Assembly (NCBI GenBank): GCA_963805645.1
Contig: CAWDVA010000005.1
Span: forward strand, 62,113 to 126,112
Direction: 5' to 3'
Length of the DNA: 64,000 bases
Source: an uncultured Chloroflexia bacterium
GTDB taxonomy: Bacteria > Chloroflexota > Limnocylindria > QHBO01
Below the pieces are notes generated by a model. It saw only the letters and a list, made by a program, of their open reading frames with translations. It did not search any database and had not been told where the DNA came from. The translations under genes and the position numbers were made by a program. Shown here in pieces: positions 56,610 through 64,000 of this stretch. How positions within the stretch are numbered: position 1 is the stretch's first letter; each line of letters starts with the position of its first letter.

Positions 56610-57068
56610 GTGAGCCGCGACGTCGAGGACCTGAACCGGCGCCTGCTGCGCGCCCGCGACGCGATGGACCGCGCCTATGCCGAGCCGCTCGACGTCCGCG
56701 CCGTGGCCGCGGTGGCCCACATCTCGGAGGCGCACTTCATCCGCAGCTTCCGCGCCGTCTTCGGCGAGACGCCGCACCGGTATCTGCAGCGGCGGCGGGT
56801 GGAGCGCTCGATGTTCCTGCTGCGTGAGACCGACCGTACCATCACCGATATCTGCCTCGATGTTGGCTTCACCAGCCTGGGGACCTTCAGCCGCACGTTC
56901 CGGGAGATCATCGGCCAGACGCCGTCCGACTACCGCGCCGGGCATGAACCGATGGTGGCGCCCAACTGCATCCAGATGTGGGCCATGCGGCCGCGCGTTG
57001 CTGCGAGCGAACCAGGCGGATTCCGCAGTTTTGGAGAAGCCCGCGTCCCGGGCCCTCCCCTAACCTGA
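56610..57068 (+). CDS. AraC-family HTH transcriptional regulator (short, DNA-binding domain only)
   Basis: VAAVAHISEAHFIRSFRAVFGETPHRYLQRRRVERSMFLLRETDRTITDICLDVGFTSLGTFSRTFRE. Confidence 0.7.
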   Translation: MSRDVEDLNRRLLRARDAMDRAYAEPLDVRAVAAVAHISEAHFIRSFRAVFGETPHRYLQRRRVERSMFLLRETDRTITDICLDVGFTSLGTFSRTFREIIGQTPSDYRAGHEPMVAPNCIQMWAMRPRVAASEPGGFRSFGEARVPGPPLT

Positions 57069-57106
57069 TCCTCGTTCGTCCCGACCCTCGCAATGGAGCA
57101 GGTTCA

Positions 57107-57535
57107 ATGATCACCAGGCTGAACGTCGCCTCCATCTACGTCCTCGACAAGGACGAGGCCCTCGACTTCTACATCCACAAGCTCGGGCTGGAGAAGGCAT
57201 CGGACTTCACTCAGGGTTCCTACCGCTGGCTGACGGTGCGGGTTCCGGGCCAGCCCGGCATCGAGATCTCCCTCGAGCAGCCGGGCCCGCCCCTCCACGA
57301 CGACGCGACCGCCGAGCAGCTCCGCGAGCTGATCACGAAGGGCGCCCTGAGCGGCCTCGTCTTCCACACCGATGACGCCCGCGGCCTGTACGACGCCCTG
57401 CGCGAGCGCGGCGTCGAGGACTTCACGCAGGAGCCCATCGACCATTTCTACGGGACCGACATCGGCCTTCGCGATCCCTTCGGCAACGCGATCCGAATCA
57501 TCCAGCCGAAGGCCGCCCGAGTGGCGACCGCCTGA
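57107..57535 (+). CDS. VOC (glyoxalase/bleomycin-resistance) family protein
   Basis: Internal ATG with GGAGCAGG RBS; MITRLNVASIYVLDKDEALDFY... The AraC + VOC pair is a common stress/drug-response module. Confidence 0.7.
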   Translation: MITRLNVASIYVLDKDEALDFYIHKLGLEKASDFTQGSYRWLTVRVPGQPGIEISLEQPGPPLHDDATAEQLRELITKGALSGLVFHTDDARGLYDALRERGVEDFTQEPIDHFYGTDIGLRDPFGNAIRIIQPKAARVATA

Positions 57536-57559
57536 CCCGATAGCGAAAGGAGCCACAGC

Positions 57560-58036
57560 ATGGCTGACACCAAGCCCGCCACCGGGCGAAACCGAACATC
57601 CCGCACGTCCACCAGGGTCTGGACGGATGAAGAGCGGGCCGCAATGGAGGAGGGCGCCCGGGAGCGGAAGACCACCTCACGACGCAGCCCGGTCGACGAG
57701 CGGGCCCAGGGCGAGCGCGAGCTGCTCGCCAAGATCGCCGGGTTGCCCGAGCACGATCGGGTCATGGCCGAGCGGCTCCACGCCCTCGTCACGACCTCGG
57801 CGCCGACGCTCGTGCCGCGGACGTACTACGGGATGCCCGCCTACAGCAGGGACGGCAAGGTGGTCTGCTTCTTCAAGCCTGCCTCGAAGTTCAAGGAGCG
57901 ATACGCGACCTTCGGCTTCGAGCAGAAGGCGAACCTCGACGACGGCTCCATGTGGCCGACCTCCTTCGCGCTGACCGAGCTGACCGCGGACACCGAGGCG
58001 AGAATCGCCGCGCTCGTGAAGAAAGCGGCGGGCTGA
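57560..58036 (+). CDS. DUF1801 (YdhG-like) domain protein
   Basis: C-terminal [33 protein letters not shown] conserved block. Confidence 0.6.
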   Translation: MADTKPATGRNRTSRTSTRVWTDEERAAMEEGARERKTTSRRSPVDERAQGERELLAKIAGLPEHDRVMAERLHALVTTSAPTLVPRTYYGMPAYSRDGKVVCFFKPASKFKERYATFGFEQKANLDDGSMWPTSFALTELTADTEARIAALVKKAAG

Positions 58037-58039
58037 GCC

Positions 58040-60391
<2,352 letters not shown>

Positions 60392-60539
60392 CCGTTTCAG
60401 CGTCGAGAGACCGGGCGACCAGCCGACTGCTGCCAGCATCCGCTCATGACGCTTCTGGTCGCGGGCTGGCTCGTCCTGGTCCCGACGCTCCTCGTAATCC
60501 AGATGCGCTTCTACGACGCCCACCAGCGGCCCTGAGCCA

Positions 60540-61052
60540 TCACGCGAGGAGTGCGCCCATGCTCGCCGAGTCCCCGGTCTTCCCGATCCGGTAGGCGGTG
60601 AGCACGGCGTCGAGCTTGGTGAATGCCTCGGCCCAGCCGTTCTCGGTGGGTGCCGCGTAGCCCTCCGGGAGCCACTGGCGGATCTCCAGCCGGGTCCGTC
60701 CGTCGGCCTCGTCGTGGAATTCGAGCCGGACCCGGGTCTCGAACGGCTCGAAGCCACCAGGCAGCTGGCCGGTGATGTGCATGATGCCGTCCAGCAGCGC
60801 ACCGTCGACGACGTCGGTGAGATCAAGGCGGCCCTGGGACCAGATGGCGGGATCGGCCGGGAAGATCTCCTTCCATTGCAGGTAGCCGCCGGGGCGCACG
60901 TCGAACTCGACCTGATCGCGAGGCAGCGCGTTGCCGATGGGACCCCACCACGCCGCGAAGTGGTCGGGATCCGTGAACGCCCGGTACACGAGAGCGCGCG
61001 GCGCGTCGAAGACGCGCGTCACGGCGAGCTGTGGGGTCGCGGTCGTGGTCAT
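60540..61052 (-). CDS. SRPBCC/AHSA1 (activator of Hsp90 ATPase homologue)-like protein
   Basis: Internal ATG MTTTATPQLAVTRVFDAPRALVYRAFTDPDHFAAWWGP; ATGA overlap with the ArsR stop. Confidence 0.65.
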   Translation of the reverse strand: MTTTATPQLAVTRVFDAPRALVYRAFTDPDHFAAWWGPIGNALPRDQVEFDVRPGGYLQWKEIFPADPAIWSQGRLDLTDVVDGALLDGIMHITGQLPGGFEPFETRVRLEFHDEADGRTRLEIRQWLPEGYAAPTENGWAEAFTKLDAVLTAYRIGKTGDSASMGALLA

Positions 61053-61447
61053 GGGCTGCCTTTCGTCTTCTCGGTTGGTGGTCTGCGCCCGCTTTCGGGC
61101 TCTTCTGACGCGAGGCGAGCAAGGTGGCTGTCCAACCGGTCGAAGCGCTCGATCCAGAGCCGCTCGTAGCGGGCCAGCCACGTCGCTGCGGGGGCGAGGG
61201 AGGTGGGGGAGAGCCGCGCATGGCGCCAGCGGCCCTCCTTGCTGCGGGTGATGAGCGACGCGCGCTCGAGCACCTTGAGATGCCGGGAGATGGCCGGGAG
61301 GCTGATGGAGAACGGCTCCGCAAGCTCGGTGACCGTGGCATCACCGCCGGCCAGCCGCTCCAGGATCCCGCGGCGGGTCGCGTCGGCGAGAGCGCCGAAG
61401 AGGAGGTCCAGGTTCGCTGGAGTCCGTTCTGGAACTACACTTAACAT
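61049..61447 (-). CDS. ArsR/SmtB-family transcriptional regulator
   Basis: LADATRRGILERLAGGDATVTELAEPFSISLPAISRHLKVLERASLI winged-HTH. Confidence 0.75.
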   Translation of the reverse strand: MLSVVPERTPANLDLLFGALADATRRGILERLAGGDATVTELAEPFSISLPAISRHLKVLERASLITRSKEGRWRHARLSPTSLAPAATWLARYERLWIERFDRLDSHLARLASEEPESGRRPPTEKTKGSP

Positions 61448-61551
61448 ACTCGTTAACTATAGACCGGGTTGCATCGAATGACAAGGCAGGTTCGGCCGCG
61501 GCGGGGCAGACTACCACCGGGCCGGTTTCCACGCCCGAATCCCTTGCGGAG

Positions 61552-61941
61552 GTGGTCGACATGCTCGGCGCGTACCCCATCTTCCCGATCCTGCTCTCCC
61601 GCGACCTGGGGGAGAGCCGGCGCTTCTACCACGACGTCCTGGGGCTCGAGGTCCTGCACGAGGACGAGGAGCGAGTCGTCTTCCGCTGCGGGGGCGATAC
61701 GACCCTGGCCTTGAGCCGCAGCACCATCGGCACCGCGGACGCCCAGACCCAGGTCGGCTGGCGAGTACCGGACATTCACGCCGCCGTTGCCGAGCTGCGG
61801 GAACGCGGCGTCCGGATCGAGGAGTACACCGCGCCGGACCCGGTGACGACCGACGGCGTGGCCGACATGGGCTGGCTGTGGGCCGCCTGGTTCCTGGACC
61901 CCCACGACAACGTGCTCTCCGTGGTCCAGCGCAAGGCCTGA
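61552..61941 (+). CDS. VOC (glyoxalase/bleomycin-resistance) family protein
   Basis: YPIFPILLSRDLGESRRFYHDVLGLEV... Third VOC protein in the window. Confidence 0.65.
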   Translation: MVDMLGAYPIFPILLSRDLGESRRFYHDVLGLEVLHEDEERVVFRCGGDTTLALSRSTIGTADAQTQVGWRVPDIHAAVAELRERGVRIEEYTAPDPVTTDGVADMGWLWAAWFLDPHDNVLSVVQRKA

Positions 61942-61945
61942 GCCG

Positions 61946-62368
61946 ATGGCGATCGACCCGCAGAATCCCATCGTCCGCGTACTCGCCGACGCTGCGGCCC
62001 GCGAGGCGACGGAGCCCGATGCCGCCGCTGCCGCCTATCGCCGGGCATGGGATCTCGCCACCGACGACTACGAACGCTGCATGGCCGCCCACTACCTCGC
62101 TCGCATCCAGGTGTCGGAGGATGACCGATACCGATGGAACGCCGTGGCCCTCGAGAAGGCGCTCGCGGTGGCCGATGGCGGGGCCGATGGATTCCTGGCC
62201 TCCCTGCGGCTCAACCTGGGGCGATCGCTCGAGGACCTCGGGCGGATGGACGAGGCGCGCGCCGAGTACGGCGCGGCCCGCGACGCGGCACGGGAGCTAC
62301 CCGAAGGCGCCTATCGGTCCACCCTCGAGGAGGCCCTGGATCGCGCCGGCCGGCGTGTCGGTCAGTAG
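61946..62368 (+). CDS. Hypothetical helical (TPR-like) protein
   Basis: 140-aa ORF in an Ala/Arg-rich helical pattern; start 5 nt after the VOC stop. Confidence 0.4.
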   Translation: MAIDPQNPIVRVLADAAAREATEPDAAAAAYRRAWDLATDDYERCMAAHYLARIQVSEDDRYRWNAVALEKALAVADGGADGFLASLRLNLGRSLEDLGRMDEARAEYGAARDAARELPEGAYRSTLEEALDRAGRRVGQ

Positions 62369-63219
62369 ATCTCCGGCACGAAGTTCTGGTCTGACAGGGG
62401 TGGACGAATGTACCCGATGTCCGGCTCGCGCGGGGGCAGCACGATCTTCCTGGGCGTGAGGTCGGTGTAGGGGACCAGGCTCAGCAGGTGGGCGATCACG
62501 TTGAGGCGCGCCCGCTTCTTGTTGTCGGCGTTGACCACGTACCACGGCGCCTGCTTGATGTCGGTGTGGGCGAACATCGTGTCCTTGGCCTTCGAGTACT
62601 CCACCCATTTCGCGCGGGACTGGAGGTCCATGGGCGAGAGCTTCCAGCGCTTGGTCGGATCGTCGATGCGTGCCTGGAAGCGGCGCTCCTGCTCCTCATC
62701 GCTCACGCTGAACCAGTACTTGATGAGCTGGATGCCGGAGCGCACCAGCATCCGCTCGAACTCCGGGCATGAGCGCAGGAACTCCTGGTACTCCTCCTCC
62801 GTGCAGAAGCCCATCACCCGCTCGACGCCGGCGCGGTTGTACCAGCTGCGATCGAAGAAGACCATCTCGCCGGCCGCCGGCAGGTGCCCCACGTAGCGCT
62901 GGAAGTACCACTCCGTCTTCTCGCGCTCGGTGGGCGTGCCCAGGGCGACGACGCGAGCGTACCGGGGGTTGAGGCTCATGGTCATCCGCTTGATGGCGCC
63001 GCCCTTCCCGGCTGCGTCACGACCCTCGAAGATCAGCACCAGGCGAAGGCCCTCGTGACGGATCCACTCCTGCATCTTGACCAGCTCGATCTGCAGCTTC
63101 GCCAGCTCGCGCTCGTAGACCTTGGTCTTGATGCCGGGGATCGATTCCTCCGCGCTGTCGGCGACCGATGCGGGGCTGGGAGGCGTCCCACTGGCATCAC
63201 CGGCCTTCTGCTTTGCCAT
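62362..63219 (-). CDS. ppk2: Polyphosphate kinase 2 (PPK2)
   Basis: Walker A FEGRDAAGKGG and lid/Walker B regions. Lower GC than surroundings. Confidence 0.85.
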   Translation of the reverse strand: MAKQKAGDASGTPPSPASVADSAEESIPGIKTKVYERELAKLQIELVKMQEWIRHEGLRLVLIFEGRDAAGKGGAIKRMTMSLNPRYARVVALGTPTEREKTEWYFQRYVGHLPAAGEMVFFDRSWYNRAGVERVMGFCTEEEYQEFLRSCPEFERMLVRSGIQLIKYWFSVSDEEQERRFQARIDDPTKRWKLSPMDLQSRAKWVEYSKAKDTMFAHTDIKQAPWYVVNADNKKRARLNVIAHLLSLVPYTDLTPRKIVLPPREPDIGYIRPPLSDQNFVPEIY

Positions 63220-63311
63220 TCAGTGCCTCCTTCGGGTGGGCGGGGACACGCGGCCCGTCAGTAGGGTCTTCATTGTGCCCCCATCGCCAAGCAGGCGTGC
63301 CGGACGCCGAC

Positions 63312-64000
63312 CTACGCGCGGTCCAACGCCTGAAGCACCGGCCCCATCGCCTCCACCGCGGCCATGGTTTGCGGCCAGGTCATGACCTCCACGCTCGTCA
63401 CGCCCATCTCCGCAAACCGACGCAGCTCGTCCGCGATCTCGGTGGCGGAGCCACGGATCGGCTCACCCAGGTCCCACTCGGCTGTGCCCGTTTCCTCGGT
63501 GGGCTCGACAAAGACACCGATGGAGCGGCCAATGCGCCCCGGGTCCCGGCCGACCTCGACGCAGGCCGCGTCGAGGTCCGCCAGGGCTTCCGCAAACGCG
63601 TCGGGATGGCTGCTCTCGGTGGCGAACCAGCTCCAGATGTCGGCGTGGCGGGCGGCCAGGCGCATCATCTTCGGCCCGCGGGCGCCCAGGAGCAGGGGCA
63701 CGCCGCCCGGCCGAGGGCCGCGGGGCCGCAGCCCCAGGTCCTCGGCACGGTAGTAGGTGCCGTCATGATCCGCGTGCCCGGTCTTCAGCAAGGTCAGGAT
63801 CAGGTCGAAGGCCTCCGCGAAACGGGCGAAGACGTGGTCCTGCGCATACCCGAACGCGGCCATCTCGTCGCCGCCGTTGCCGGCTCCCAGACCGAAGACC
63901 AACCGACCGCCGGAGATCTCGTCAAGGGTGTCCACGATCTTCGCGGTGAGGGTCGGGTTGCGGTGCGGGTTGGAGAGAGTCCAGGTCCCCACCTTGATCC
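63312..64000 (-). CDS. LLM-class (luciferase-like) flavin/F420-dependent oxidoreductase, C-terminal part (N-terminus beyond window end)
   Basis: LDEISGGRLVFGLGAGNGGDE signature and C-terminal TIM-barrel helices. The ORF runs off the 3' end of the window. Confidence 0.7.
   Translation of the reverse strand, partial: IKVGTWTLSNPHRNPTLTAKIVDTLDEISGGRLVFGLGAGNGGDEMAAFGYAQDHVFARFAEAFDLILTLLKTGHADHDGTYYRAEDLGLRPRGPRPGGVPLLLGARGPKMMRLAARHADIWSWFATESSHPDAFAEALADLDAACVEVGRDPGRIGRSIGVFVEPTEETGTAEWDLGEPIRGSATEIADELRRFAEMGVTSVEVMTWPQTMAAVEAMGPVLQALDRA

Overview
High-GC (~70%) bacterial chromosomal segment, terrabacterial in character (the cvpA-mutS2 pairing and yebC-ruvCA order suggest an actinobacterial- or Chloroflexi-like organism). 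It is densely coding on both strands. The many long antisense ORFs in the six-frame track are GC artefacts. Recognisable blocks, in order:
- a fatty-acid beta-oxidation operon (acyl-CoA dehydrogenase, thiolase, FadN-like HCDH/ECH fusion) with a TetR regulator and its palindromic operator
- an HD-domain (SpoT/Mesh1-like) hydrolase next to a membrane class III adenylate cyclase
- a DipZ-like CcdA-thioredoxin fusion
- a lower-GC island carrying a Ser/Thr-rich secreted protein
- a 1303-aa cyclase-STAND protein (two zinc-ribbon + cyclase modules, NB-ARC ATPase, TPR)
- a sulfite-oxidase-family molybdoenzyme
- paaABCD with no paaE
- a heliorhodopsin gene
- an E. coli-like thrS-(VOC)-infC-rpmI-rplT-pheST block
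- cvpA-mpg-mutS2 convergent on a class A PBP whose 3' end is anomalous
- tyrS
- an ANT(6)-like nucleotidyltransferase next to an EF-G paralogue
- yebC-ruvC-ruvA with no ruvB
- a complete urate-to-allantoin operon (HIU hydrolase, fused GNAT-OHCU decarboxylase, uricase, methyltransferase) near an allantoinase-like amidohydrolase
- a small-gene region with three copies of a conserved 25-nt intergenic motif
- an AraC/VOC/DUF1801/UvrA2/AHSA1/ArsR/VOC detoxification-like cluster
- PPK2
- a partial LLM flavin oxidoreductase at the window end
No CRISPR arrays, tRNAs, rRNAs or transposases were seen. Most interesting are the heliorhodopsin locus, the double-cyclase STAND protein, the HD-hydrolase/adenylate-cyclase pair, the triplicated intergenic motif, and two gene-boundary anomalies (the PBP1A 3' end and the UvrA2 start).
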